Assembly: GCA_032128875.1 (NCBI GenBank)
Contig: JAVLKG010000002.1
Span: 1,024,001 to 1,088,000 of the forward strand
DNA from: Candidatus Melainabacteria bacterium 17Bon1m
GTDB lineage: Bacteria; Cyanobacteriota; Vampirovibrionia; Obscuribacterales; Obscuribacteraceae
DNA: 64,000 nucleotides
Direction of reading: 5' to 3'
In this document: piece by piece, positions 38,722 to 48,586 of the stretch
Layout of the letters: every line of letters begins with the position of its first letter
Position numbering within the stretch: position 1 is the first letter of the stretch
Made by a program: the position numbers and the translations under genes
Notes under the pieces: generated by a model
Databases searched by the model: none
What the model was told of the DNA's origin: nothing
What the model saw: the letters and a program-made list of their open reading frames with translations, nothing else

Positions 38722-40623
38722 TCACCTGCCGCCCGTCGAATTCAGTTGCCGTTTGTAAGCTGACATCAATCCGCTTGCTGTCTCCTGGTATTGCGAATTT
38801 GCAGGAATTTTCTTCAACGTGTTTATAGCTTGAGTATATTTGTTCTGGTTGGCAAACTTACGTGCAAGGTTCAAATAAGCCGTGTGCAGAGTAGAAGTTT
38901 GAGCCGGCGTCAAATGCCTTGTCACGCGCTGCTGGTTCTCCAGTTTGCTGATGGCTTGCTCTGTGTGTCCTCTCACCAACATTTCGTCGGCAGTATCGGG
39001 TGTGGCAATATCCCATAATTTTAAAATACCGATTCCGCCGACCACAATAATGACAATCAAAGGAAGAATAATTTTCAGCGCACTGGGCGCCCACTCTGAT
39101 TCATTGTGATAATGATCGGCCGCATCCTGGGCGAATGAGCCGGTGCTGCGAACGTCTCTGCTTCTGGCAGTGCCACTGCCAGTGTCTTCATAGCGCTGAA
39201 CCACTGCCTGTGGTGGCGCTCCTGAATCTCGATTTTTGTGGGCGGGTGCAATTGAGTCTTGAGTGTTTTGGTCGTAAGACTGAGCGATAGCTGCAGCGTT
39301 AGCGGGCTGTATGGGCGGCATTTGTTGCGGCTGTTGTACATTGGCGAGCCTTGAAACAGTGTCACCCGAAGTGCCAGGCGCCGCATCGAACGAGGTTTGT
39401 TGCGGCGCATACGCGCTCAAGGAGTCATTGCTCAATTCAATCAAAGAAGCAGCAACAAAGTCTGCGCCGCTCGAATCCGCACCGTTTGTATTTGGATTTG
39501 CGGCGTGCCTGTTTGCCGGTGAGCTATTGTTTTTTGCTTTTACCCCGATGAATACGTCTTGATTGTCGCTGCTGGCGCTGTGCGATTTTTCTTTTGCAGT
39601 CGTGAAAAGTGGTGATGCCTCTTCTCTAACTGCGTTGGGATCGACAATTGGTGCTGCCGGTAAGTTGTTGCTGCACTGTTCCAGTACCGAATTCATTTTA
39701 GCGAGAAGCGCTTCAACACTTTGTGGGCGGGCGGCAGGATCTTTAGCCAGAGTGGAAGAGATCATGTCTTCGAGAACAGACGGAAAATGCAAATCCGGCT
39801 CTACATCAGAGAGTCTTGGGGGTTCGTCATTGACATGCAAATACATCAAGCTGACCAGATCCTTCGCCGAGAATGGTCGCTTGCCTGTCAGTGCTTCGAA
39901 AAGTACGATACCGATCGAATAGATGTCACTGCGACCGTCGACGTCAGAACCACGGCACTGCTCGGGGCTCATGTATGCAGGGCTGCCGCAGATTATTCCA
40001 TCCACAGTTAGCTGCACCGGGTCTACAGTCGAATTATCTGCCATCTTCGCGATGCTGAAATCGACCAGCTTCACAAAGTCTTTGGTGTCTTCTTTTTCGA
40101 CCAATACGATATTGGGTGGTTTGATGTCCCTGTGTACGATTCCTTTTCTATGGGCTTCCGAGAGGGCTTCCAGAACCTGTTTGACTATGGCAATTGCTCG
40201 TTTTGCTTCCAAGCGGCCTTCAGTGGACAGCACTTTCGCCAGGGTAGTGCCGTTGAGAAGGTCCATCACAAAATAAGGCTGACCGTCCGAGGTCATACCG
40301 AAATCGTACAAAGTGAGGAGATTTGGGTGTTCGAGCCTGCTAATCGCTTTTGCTTCTCTGTGAAAACGCACCAGCGATTCCGGATCTGCGCCGAGATAAC
40401 CGTGCAAGACTTTGAGGGCGACCTGCCGACCCAATAGCTCTTGTTTGGCCTTGTATACGCTGCCCACTGCCCCTTTGGCAATCAAAGATTCGACCCGATA
40501 ACGTTCGTCTATCAGCGCGCCAATAAGCGGATCGTTCGGTAAAGGAACGAGAAACGAACCCTCATGCGGGCACAATTCGACCTCGTCGGTGAATTGTTTA
40601 TGGCAGTTGAGGCAAAGCTTCAT
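38722..40623 (-). CDS. Zinc-ribbon Ser/Thr kinase with TM helix and TPR-like tail
   Basis: MKLCLNC...CPH, HRDIKPPN, DFS (DFG variant), GSPAYMSPEQ. Confidence 0.92.
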   Translation of the reverse strand: MKLCLNCHKQFTDEVELCPHEGSFLVPLPNDPLIGALIDERYRVESLIAKGAVGSVYKAKQELLGRQVALKVLHGYLGADPESLVRFHREAKAISRLEHPNLLTLYDFGMTSDGQPYFVMDLLNGTTLAKVLSTEGRLEAKRAIAIVKQVLEALSEAHRKGIVHRDIKPPNIVLVEKEDTKDFVKLVDFSIAKMADNSTVDPVQLTVDGIICGSPAYMSPEQCRGSDVDGRSDIYSIGIVLFEALTGKRPFSAKDLVSLMYLHVNDEPPRLSDVEPDLHFPSVLEDMISSTLAKDPAARPQSVEALLAKMNSVLEQCSNNLPAAPIVDPNAVREEASPLFTTAKEKSHSASSDNQDVFIGVKAKNNSSPANRHAANPNTNGADSSGADFVAASLIELSNDSLSAYAPQQTSFDAAPGTSGDTVSRLANVQQPQQMPPIQPANAAAIAQSYDQNTQDSIAPAHKNRDSGAPPQAVVQRYEDTGSGTARSRDVRSTGSFAQDAADHYHNESEWAPSALKIILPLIVIIVVGGIGILKLWDIATPDTADEMLVRGHTEQAISKLENQQRVTRHLTPAQTSTLHTAYLNLARKFANQNKYTQAINTLKKIPANSQYQETASGLMSAYKRQLNSTGGR

Positions 40624-40782
40624 GGGACACGAACAAACAGGTCTTTATTTCTTTTTACCCACGCAGGTATGTATTAGTACCGCGCGCGCGTGCGTGAGGC
40701 TTTATCAGACAACAAAAGGCATGCTCAAGCAGATGAGCTTCTAGCTTGAAATGATTCTAGGCCAACCCCTTGCGGCGGCGAT

Positions 40783-43700
40783 CTATCTGCGCAGCTTGCG
40801 ATATTTTTTGAGCAATTCCTTGACTTTCGCTTGATGCGGAGAGTCTGCAGGGATCTTCTTGAGCAGTTTTTTTGCTTCAGTGTAGCGTTTGGACTTCGCC
40901 AGGACTTCGGCTTGCTTGTAGCGAGCGTGATGGAGCAGATCTTCCTCTTCTTCAGTAAGTGGAGCTTTCTTCTCCATCTTTTCCAGAGCATCGATTGCTT
41001 TGGTGTACTTACCTTCGGTGAAACTCTTCTGCGCTGGGCTTATCGCTGCTTCGGCAGGGGCAGCGGGTTTGTCCATTGTCGGCTTGAGAATAAACCAGTA
41101 TCCGGCGCCGCAAGCGATAACCAGTGCGAGTCCAAGGACGATCCAGCGAATATCCATGCCTTGGTTATTGAATGCGCTGCGCATTCGTGAGCGTGTCTGA
41201 TTTGCTCGTTTACCAGGCGCATCCAGGTTGATTTCCAGGTCTCCGCCGCCACGATGCTGAGTCAACTGATGCAGTTGAAGATCAGACGGGCGCATCGACG
41301 AGAGATCAGGCATTTTGGGAGGAGCCGGACGAGCAGCGTGTTTGCCCGTCGATTCCATTGCCATGCGCAGGCGCTCTTGCGTTTGCTCGGCGATATCAAT
41401 TTGCGGAACATTATCCATCGAAGCTGGAGAAGGACCAGGTTGGTTCATCTCACGATTAATAGCTTCACCACGAGCCGCATTGGCAGCAGATGCCTTTTGC
41501 TTCAATTCAGAGCCGCGATTAGCGGCTTCGAGGAAGCGGTTCATCAAGTCTGACGTCAGTGCGTCGTTCGCATCCCCGCTAGCAGCAGCCAATCTGCTTG
41601 CAGCTGAGCCGAGATCAGGTCTTGCATCGGCTGGAATTGCTGATGCAGAGCCCGATTGCAGAGGTGACGCCCCTGATATACCTGCACCGCCCATCGCTGC
41701 CGAAGCGCCCGAAGCGAAGCTTCCACTTTTTGCCGAAGCATCTTGTTCTTTGCGTTTGGCGGCTTCCATCAGTCTGCTTACGGCAGAGGAAATCTTTTCG
41801 TCGCCCACAGGACTCGCCGATGTCGAATCGCTGGATTGGGACCCAGTGGTTTCGGAGCCGGCGCTCGATGCCGCGGACAATCTGTCTTGCGCGCTTCCGG
41901 TTTTGAAGTCAGTGTCGGAGTTAAATCCTGTGTCGGAATTGAAACCGGTGGACTTATTGAAATCGGAATTAAAGCTGGCTGAAGCTGCCGTTTCGAACGA
42001 TTGCGCCGGAAGGTCGGTACGCGAGCGCTTCGGCGGATCAGGACGCTTATCTGGAGGAGTCTGAGCGGGCATATTCGTGCGCGATTGAATGGCACTGAAA
42101 TAGCCAGATGTCTTAGCTTTGGGTTTTTCCGGCGGGTTTGCCGAAGGAAGACCTGTTTTCGATTCATTTGCCAATGGAGATTCTGGCAGTTTGGCCGCAG
42201 GAATTCCGGTCATAGAATCCTTCGGTTTTGCAGCCGGCATGCCGGTCATCGAATCGCTGGGTTTGGGTGGCGGCGGCGCCGATGCTTCCTTGTCACTTGG
42301 AGGCTGCACCTGGGACACTTTGGCAGAAAGCAAGTTCCCAAGACCTGTACTTTTCTTTTGCGATGACTCGAGAGGTGAAGTTGGCTGTGTGGGTGGTTCC
42401 ATAGACTCGGAATCAGGCTCTGGTTTCTTAGCTTCTTCAGCAGGCGAAGCGGCTGGTAATTTTGTCTCTGAAAGCTTACCAGCAGAACCCAAAGATTGCA
42501 TACCCGTCTTCGATTCACGAAGGTTTTCGGGAGGTTTTTCCGGTGACTTCTCTGCGGCCTGTGCGCTGTCGGCGTTCTTCTTCGCAAACAATGCACCTAA
42601 GCCGGTTTTAGACTCCGATGTGGGTGGTTTATCTTTGCCGGCGGCTGCTTGTAAGAGCCTTGCGGCCGCGCCCGTTCCAGCTGAGCTGTCGGTTTCCGGT
42701 TTCTTTGCAGTTGTCTCTGGTTTAATATCCGAAGATTCTTGTTTTAAGAAACTGGCGGCCGCGCTGCCCATAAAATCGGGTTCGGGAGCTTCAGATGACT
42801 CGGACGGCTCTTTATCTTCGAGCTCTGGACCTGGTTGGAAAAGATCGTTGGGACTCGTCGCAAATTGGTCGGCCTCAGGCAGAGCCGCCGTTTCACTTTG
42901 AGATTCTTTCTGCAATTGAGCTGCTTTATTCGCGGCTTGCGCCAGGCGATCAGCCATCGACATAGGAGTTTTGGACTCTGCCAGCTCATCTACACTGGGA
43001 GCAGAAGATAGAAAATCCGGCAATACTTCTTTTTCGTCCGAGCCAAAATTAAATGGCTGCTCATCCGCAACATCTTTAGGCGCGCGCATCAAAAGTTCGC
43101 TTTCATCTAAGGCCGGCTCTATGAGCGTCGAATCGTGACGCTTCGGTCGCAGAGGATCTTGTGGCTTAGGCGCTATGGGTTTTTCCTTTGCTGGCGGTTC
43201 TTTCGGCGGCACAGGCGCAGCAGGTGGAGCTGGTGTAGCCGTTGCAGCTGGCTCCTGCGGTTTTGTTTCTTTAGGTGCAATCTCGTCGGCAACGTCTTTC
43301 GGTGCACGAGTCAACAACTCATCTTCGCTGATGGCCGCTTCAATCAATGTCTGATCGTGACGCTTCGGTCTGAGTTGATCTCCCGGCTTTACTGCTGGTT
43401 TTGTCTCGCTGGCGAGCGGTTTTTGTTCTGCTGGTTTGGAAACAGGCGCAGGCGGTGATGGTGGCGGGGGTGGTGCCGGAGGCGTCGACGCAATTGGTGT
43501 TGGTTTTACAGCAGGCTCAGGCGGAGATTTCGCAACCGGAGCCTGTTGCGGCAAATCGGCAACATCTTTAGGGGCGCGCATCAAAAGTTCGCTTTCATCA
43601 ATTGCGGGTTCGATCAATGTTTGATCGGCGCGTTTCGGCCTGCCAAGATCCGGTGATTTTGGAGGCAATGGTTTTGACTCTTGAACCGCCCTCTCTTTGA

Positions 43701-46161
43701 GCGTCTCGTCCAGTGGTTTTGATGCTTGAGACTGCGCCGGAGCAGCTGGTTTTGCAGGTGCTGGAGGAGCCGGAGGAATGGGGGCCGGCGGCGGAGGTGG
43801 AGGAGGTGGTGGTGGCGCCGGTCCGTCCGCGATATCGTTCGGAACTCGTGTCAGTAACTCATCTTCCGTTATAACTGGTTCAATAAGCGTCTGATCTGCA
43901 CGTTGGCGTTCTGGTGCAGCTGAAGGCTTGGCAGATAGTGGCGCTGCTGATGCCGCGACTTTTGGTGGCTCTTGTTTGCCTGCAGCTTCTTCTTCTTCGT
44001 CACCGAAATCAAGCTCTATTGCAGATTTGAACCGCGACATTGCTTCGTTGACTTCTTGTTTCTTTTCTCCTGCCGCTGGTGGCACGGGTGGTGCACCGGA
44101 AGAGGACTGACCAGCCGGGGATGGTGGCATATTTGGTGCACCAGGCGCTTGTGGCGGAACCGAACCCTGAGCTGGAACGCCCATAGGTTGAGTTCTCTGA
44201 GCCTGTGGTGCAGCGCCGATTTTTTGACCTTGTTGAATTTGTTGCCCTTGCGGAGCGCCAGGAGCACCCGGCGGTTTTGGTGCTGCGCCTTGCGGTTGTC
44301 CAGCGCCGATGCGTTGTGGCTGTCCTGCTCCTGGGGCGCCTGGTGCACCGGCAACTGGGCGTGCTGGGGCTCCTGGCTGTGGGGAGGGTGGTGTCATCTG
44401 TGGTGCAGAACCAGAACTTTGAGCATTGGGTGCTTGCGGAATTCCGCCTTGATGATTCGGCACTGCGGCCGGCTGCCCTGGCTGTTGAACAGGATTTTGA
44501 CCGGACTTTTGGACAGCAGGGACCGCAGGACCACCTTTGCTGGGAGGTTGCACAAGTGGTCTGCGTGGTTGGAGCGCAGGATTTGGCAATGGTGGTGTCG
44601 CCTGTGGTGCAACCGCGGCAGCCGGCGTCGGCGTGGGAGGTGGAGGTGGTGTCGCAGGCGGCGGACTTGGTGGTGCTGCTTGCGCTTGCTGCGAAGAAGC
44701 ATAATTGGTGACGGATGGACGAGCCGGTGCCGGCGCTTCCAGCATAGGAGAGATTGTCGGCGTTATACCAAGACCGGGCAACGGAGAGTATCCCGGCGGA
44801 GGAGGGGGCGGAGGTTGTCCTGCCTTGAAAATCGGCGCATTTGGGTCTTCTCCCCATCCGCTTTCAAAGGAAGACTCGCCATTTGAATGAACTTCTTGCC
44901 CTTGACCCTTCTTGAGCCATTTTTCCGGATCTAGTGGAGCAGGCGCTGCTGGAGCGTCGTCGCGTTGCGGTTCCAGCGCCCAGAGATCGTCTCCAATTTC
45001 ACCAGCCAGCGCGCGCGCTGCTTCATTGGTATATGTCATGACCGGCAGTGGTGGGGGAGGTGGTGGTTGAGGGAGATCGTCTCCCCAGGGAATCACTTGA
45101 CCCCCGGACCCGCCGGTAGTAAGCCGCTCTTCGGGCTGAAATTCAAAAGCATCGACCTTGACACTGTCCGTCTTTTTGGTCGGACGCGGCGAAGGAGGCG
45201 GACTCTTGATGCCTTTGCAAGCATCCTTGAGGGCTCTCCAGAATTCATTGATATCGGAGTATCTGGCGTCAGGCTTTTTCGCTAATGCTTTTGCAATGAC
45301 ACTTTCCAATTCATCAGGAAACTTGAGGTCGCTGCGAACGGCGCCCAATTTTATCGGCGGTTCGGTGACGTGTGCGAGCATGAGTGCTCGGTGTTCTTCA
45401 TGCTGGAATGGTCTCTCGCCGGTCAGCATCTCGAAAACCATGACAGCCATAGAATATATGTCACTGCGAGCATCGAGCGGCATGCCCTGGCACTGCTCCG
45501 GGCTCATGTATGCGGGACTTCCCGCTACTGTTTTCGGACGCCCGACTTGAGCGGATTTGGCTTCAGGTACATCGGCAATACCGAAGTCGAGAACTTTTAC
45601 GTAGTCATTAACATAGTCGTCACCATCGCCCATTTCTTCCAGAACAATGTTTTCCGGCTTGATGTCACGGTGAACGATGTCTTGCGAATGAGCTTCTGAA
45701 AGCGCATCGCAAACTTGCTCCACGATTGGCAGTGCGCGAGACGGGTGCAGGAATTTGCGCTCTTTGATCAGGTCGGCAAGAGTTCCGCCTTCCAGGTAAT
45801 CCATGACCAGATAAGGCTGTTGGTCATCAGTGATGCCGTGTTCCCAGAGGGTGATAATGTGCGGATGGCGCAATTTGCTTGCCGCTGCAAACTCTCTCAA
45901 GACTCTGTCCAAAGAACCAGAGTCGGCTCCCAAGAAGCTGTGCAGCACTTTGACAGCCACTTCTCGTCCCATCATCAGACGGGTCGCTTTGTACACGATG
46001 CCGCTCGAGCCTTTGCCGATGACAGAATCGACAACATAACGGTCGTTGATCAAAGCGCCGATAAGTGGGTCTTTACCGACCGACTCAAGAACGGAATTGT
46101 CCCTTGGACAAGCCGCCATTCCGTCGGCAAAGTACTGATTGCATCTGAGACAAAGCTTCAT
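40783..46161 (-). CDS. Giant (1792 aa) zinc-ribbon Ser/Thr kinase with a very long disordered linker, TM helix and TPR-like tail
   Basis: MKLCLRC...CP, HRDIKPEN, DFG, GSPAYMSPEQ; Pro/Ala/Ser-rich linker; TM WIVLGLALVIACGAGYWFI. Confidence 0.9.
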   Translation of the reverse strand: MKLCLRCNQYFADGMAACPRDNSVLESVGKDPLIGALINDRYVVDSVIGKGSSGIVYKATRLMMGREVAVKVLHSFLGADSGSLDRVLREFAAASKLRHPHIITLWEHGITDDQQPYLVMDYLEGGTLADLIKERKFLHPSRALPIVEQVCDALSEAHSQDIVHRDIKPENIVLEEMGDGDDYVNDYVKVLDFGIADVPEAKSAQVGRPKTVAGSPAYMSPEQCQGMPLDARSDIYSMAVMVFEMLTGERPFQHEEHRALMLAHVTEPPIKLGAVRSDLKFPDELESVIAKALAKKPDARYSDINEFWRALKDACKGIKSPPPSPRPTKKTDSVKVDAFEFQPEERLTTGGSGGQVIPWGDDLPQPPPPPPLPVMTYTNEAARALAGEIGDDLWALEPQRDDAPAAPAPLDPEKWLKKGQGQEVHSNGESSFESGWGEDPNAPIFKAGQPPPPPPPGYSPLPGLGITPTISPMLEAPAPARPSVTNYASSQQAQAAPPSPPPATPPPPPTPTPAAAVAPQATPPLPNPALQPRRPLVQPPSKGGPAVPAVQKSGQNPVQQPGQPAAVPNHQGGIPQAPNAQSSGSAPQMTPPSPQPGAPARPVAGAPGAPGAGQPQRIGAGQPQGAAPKPPGAPGAPQGQQIQQGQKIGAAPQAQRTQPMGVPAQGSVPPQAPGAPNMPPSPAGQSSSGAPPVPPAAGEKKQEVNEAMSRFKSAIELDFGDEEEEAAGKQEPPKVAASAAPLSAKPSAAPERQRADQTLIEPVITEDELLTRVPNDIADGPAPPPPPPPPPPAPIPPAPPAPAKPAAPAQSQASKPLDETLKERAVQESKPLPPKSPDLGRPKRADQTLIEPAIDESELLMRAPKDVADLPQQAPVAKSPPEPAVKPTPIASTPPAPPPPPSPPAPVSKPAEQKPLASETKPAVKPGDQLRPKRHDQTLIEAAISEDELLTRAPKDVADEIAPKETKPQEPAATATPAPPAAPVPPKEPPAKEKPIAPKPQDPLRPKRHDSTLIEPALDESELLMRAPKDVADEQPFNFGSDEKEVLPDFLSSAPSVDELAESKTPMSMADRLAQAANKAAQLQKESQSETAALPEADQFATSPNDLFQPGPELEDKEPSESSEAPEPDFMGSAAASFLKQESSDIKPETTAKKPETDSSAGTGAAARLLQAAAGKDKPPTSESKTGLGALFAKKNADSAQAAEKSPEKPPENLRESKTGMQSLGSAGKLSETKLPAASPAEEAKKPEPDSESMEPPTQPTSPLESSQKKSTGLGNLLSAKVSQVQPPSDKEASAPPPPKPSDSMTGMPAAKPKDSMTGIPAAKLPESPLANESKTGLPSANPPEKPKAKTSGYFSAIQSRTNMPAQTPPDKRPDPPKRSRTDLPAQSFETAASASFNSDFNKSTGFNSDTGFNSDTDFKTGSAQDRLSAASSAGSETTGSQSSDSTSASPVGDEKISSAVSRLMEAAKRKEQDASAKSGSFASGASAAMGGAGISGASPLQSGSASAIPADARPDLGSAASRLAAASGDANDALTSDLMNRFLEAANRGSELKQKASAANAARGEAINREMNQPGPSPASMDNVPQIDIAEQTQERLRMAMESTGKHAARPAPPKMPDLSSMRPSDLQLHQLTQHRGGGDLEINLDAPGKRANQTRSRMRSAFNNQGMDIRWIVLGLALVIACGAGYWFILKPTMDKPAAPAEAAISPAQKSFTEGKYTKAIDALEKMEKKAPLTEEEEDLLHHARYKQAEVLAKSKRYTEAKKLLKKIPADSPHQAKVKELLKKYRKLRR
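43063..43908 (-). repeat. Four dispersed ~29-aa coding repeats R.DQTLIEP...E.ELL.R.P.D.AD
   Basis: Copies at about 43825-43908, 43555-43641, 43284-43370 and 43063-43150. Confidence 0.85.
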
Positions 46162-46395
46162 GTGTTGCGGTTTTAGGCTTCCTGTAGTTTCAGCTACTTA
46201 GTGATAAATGCTTGCCCCGGGTGTGATTCTGTTCCGGCTCACGCCATATTGATTAACGCCAGCAACAGGTGAAGGAACCGTGCCCCCTCATTTAAGATAC
46301 CCTGTTAATAAATCAATATTCGTCATAAGACAAAAAACAAAGGTTTTTCACAGGTTAAATTCGCTGTTCCGCCACTTGACCGCCTCTCAAGGCCT

Positions 46396-47595
46396 TCAGA
46401 TTGTGGAAACTTTGCTCTGGCGAGCATACCAGTCTCCAGGCAAGCGCTCGACAATACCCGCCAACTCAAGCATGGTAAGGGTCGCAGACAGCTCGCCTGC
46501 GGACATTTCCAGCTTTTGGCTCAAAACATCAAAGTGCACCGGCTCGCCCGTTACCAGTTCGAATACTTCCTTTTCGCGACCAAAAAGTTCGACCATAGTC
46601 GGTACTTCTCGCGGCGTCGGAACTGATACCCAGTTGAGAGCATTCAAAACGTCAATGTAATTCATGACCAGTTGAGCTTTATTGGCCGCAATGAGCTTAT
46701 TGCAACCCATCGACATCGGAGCGTCGACGCGCCCCGGTATCGCGAAGATTTCACGGCTTTGTTCAAAACCGATGTCAGCCGTTATTAAGGAACCGGAAGT
46801 TGCTCCTGCCTCAATTACGACTACACCTTTGCTTAGTCCGCTGATAATTCTGTTGCGGGCGGGAAACCGCCAAGGTTCAGGCTTTGTACCGGGAAAGAAT
46901 TCGGAAAGAACAGCACCATGAGTACCGTCGATCAGACCGTTGTAGAGGGGTTTGTTTGAAGTCGGGTAGCAAAGATCTGGACCACTAGCCAAGACCGCTA
47001 CAGTCCTGCCACCACCTTCGATGGCTCCCCAGTGGCAAAGCGAATCAACACCAACTGCCATGCCACTGACTACCGTTGCACCGGCTTGCGCCAATCCACG
47101 GGCGAACTCCTTAGCCAACCTTTGTCCGTAAGTTGTCGGTCTGCGAGTGCCGACAATAGCAATCGAATGATCCAATTCCTGCGGAGTGAGCTGCCCTTTC
47201 ATGTAGAGGACAATCGGAGGATCGGCGATTTCACGCAGCCGAGACGGATAGAGCGGATGGTTCAACGGCAATGCTGTAACGCCAGTTTTTTCAAGCGTTT
47301 CTAATAACTGATCGAAATTCACTTCTTTGCGCTTTTGGACGATTTGCTCAATTTGTTCGGTCTTTAGCCAAGGCAAAGTCCTAAGCTCGGCGGCGCTTGC
47401 GATCCATGCCGCTTCGATAGACAAAAAGTGGTCGAAAAGCATGCGTAGCCGCTTTCCACCAAGACCAACTCCGGACAACTGGTCGAACGCCAGCCAGTAT
47501 GGCAACTCACGAGTCAGTTGTTGTCGCAACTCTTTTTCGTCGCGGTTGGTAATTTCGCTGAAAACTTCATCGTCCGGCAGTTGGCCGCAACTCAT
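46396..47595 (-). CDS. dprA: DNA-processing protein DprA
   Basis: AIVGTR, VSGMAVGVD, FPARNRIISGLS, SGSLITA, C-terminal winged helix; AGGAGAG RBS before ATG 47595. Confidence 0.95.
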   Translation of the reverse strand: MSCGQLPDDEVFSEITNRDEKELRQQLTRELPYWLAFDQLSGVGLGGKRLRMLFDHFLSIEAAWIASAAELRTLPWLKTEQIEQIVQKRKEVNFDQLLETLEKTGVTALPLNHPLYPSRLREIADPPIVLYMKGQLTPQELDHSIAIVGTRRPTTYGQRLAKEFARGLAQAGATVVSGMAVGVDSLCHWGAIEGGGRTVAVLASGPDLCYPTSNKPLYNGLIDGTHGAVLSEFFPGTKPEPWRFPARNRIISGLSKGVVVIEAGATSGSLITADIGFEQSREIFAIPGRVDAPMSMGCNKLIAANKAQLVMNYIDVLNALNWVSVPTPREVPTMVELFGREKEVFELVTGEPVHFDVLSQKLEMSAGELSATLTMLELAGIVERLPGDWYARQSKVSTI

Positions 47596-47845
47596 GTCGA
47601 CTCTCCTCAGGCCCAAAACCCAATAACTCTTACTGTCGTGTCCCCCGGACAAGTTGGAAAACAGGTGCTCGCTGATTGTGACAGACCCTACATGTTTAAC
47701 GCATCTACAAATAATTTATCGGTCGCCCACTGCCCCAGGTTGGGATTCTTCTCCCCACTACCAACCATCCCTAACTGCATATAAGCATGTCTACGTAATT
47801 TCACCAGTTACAGTCCCTTGCGCCAATTTTATGATTCCAAGCATC

Positions 47846-48586
47846 ATGAAAAATCCGCGATACATTGTCATCGCGCGCCTGGGCGCTCTCATTGTCCTGG
47901 CGGCAAGCTTATCCACCGCCGTCATGGCGCAGGAGCCCGCCGCCAGCCGTCCTGCACCTTTCAAACTGAACGCTCAAGTCAACCAAAATCCGCAATTGAG
48001 CCGTGAGGGGGGCGATATGATCGTCTCTCATCTCTCTCCTGCAAATCAGCAACAGACAAGCGGACTAATTCCGCCCGGTGTGCCTGCTCAGGCAAAAGTC
48101 GCTCCTGGTCCCTTAGGGTTCAATCCAAATTCTCCACTTATCGGCAATGCTCGAGCTGTTGCCGAGTCCCAACAAGCTCCTCAGGCCTATCTAAGCGAGT
48201 ACGACGTTGACTGGTCCAGTTGGATTAGCCAAATGGCCGCTCGTTGGCATTACAACCTGAAGAGGTTGGAAGCACAATCGAATATTTGCTTTGTTACTGA
48301 ACGCCCTGCTTTGATTCAATTTACCTGTGCCTCGAATGGGCAGGTCGGCAATTTTTCTCTAAAACAGTCGTCCGGTATATATGCGTACGACCAGTTGCAG
48401 ATGTTAGCATTGAGTCAGGTTACCCCTTTGCCGCCATTTCCCAAGGGGACCAGATGCGCCACCATTACTCTTGTACAGGGTTGGGAATCGCATGCAAAAC
48501 AACCGGGAGAAAACGGTTTTGATCCAAGAGCGTTTGGACGGCGCTTTCCAATGGAGAAAGTCCAGCAATGGGTAAGGTCAAACTAA
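47846..48586 (+). CDS. Exported protein with a TonB C-terminal-like domain (probable paralogue of 33252-34115)
   Basis: Signal peptide ending VMA; VDWSSWI...FTCASNG...QSSG..AYD...LPPFPKG. Confidence 0.65.
   Translation: MKNPRYIVIARLGALIVLAASLSTAVMAQEPAASRPAPFKLNAQVNQNPQLSREGGDMIVSHLSPANQQQTSGLIPPGVPAQAKVAPGPLGFNPNSPLIGNARAVAESQQAPQAYLSEYDVDWSSWISQMAARWHYNLKRLEAQSNICFVTERPALIQFTCASNGQVGNFSLKQSSGIYAYDQLQMLALSQVTPLPPFPKGTRCATITLVQGWESHAKQPGENGFDPRAFGRRFPMEKVQQWVRSN

Noticed and set aside
41000-45300. Many long overlapping or antisense ORFs inside the giant kinase gene
   Set aside because: Expected shadow frames of GC-rich Pro/Ala/Gly codons, with no independent motifs.
47654-47830. Long N-terminal extension of the TonB-C-like ORF
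   Set aside because: The signal peptide begins at ATG 47846 (or 47831); the extension covers the divergent dprA promoter region.
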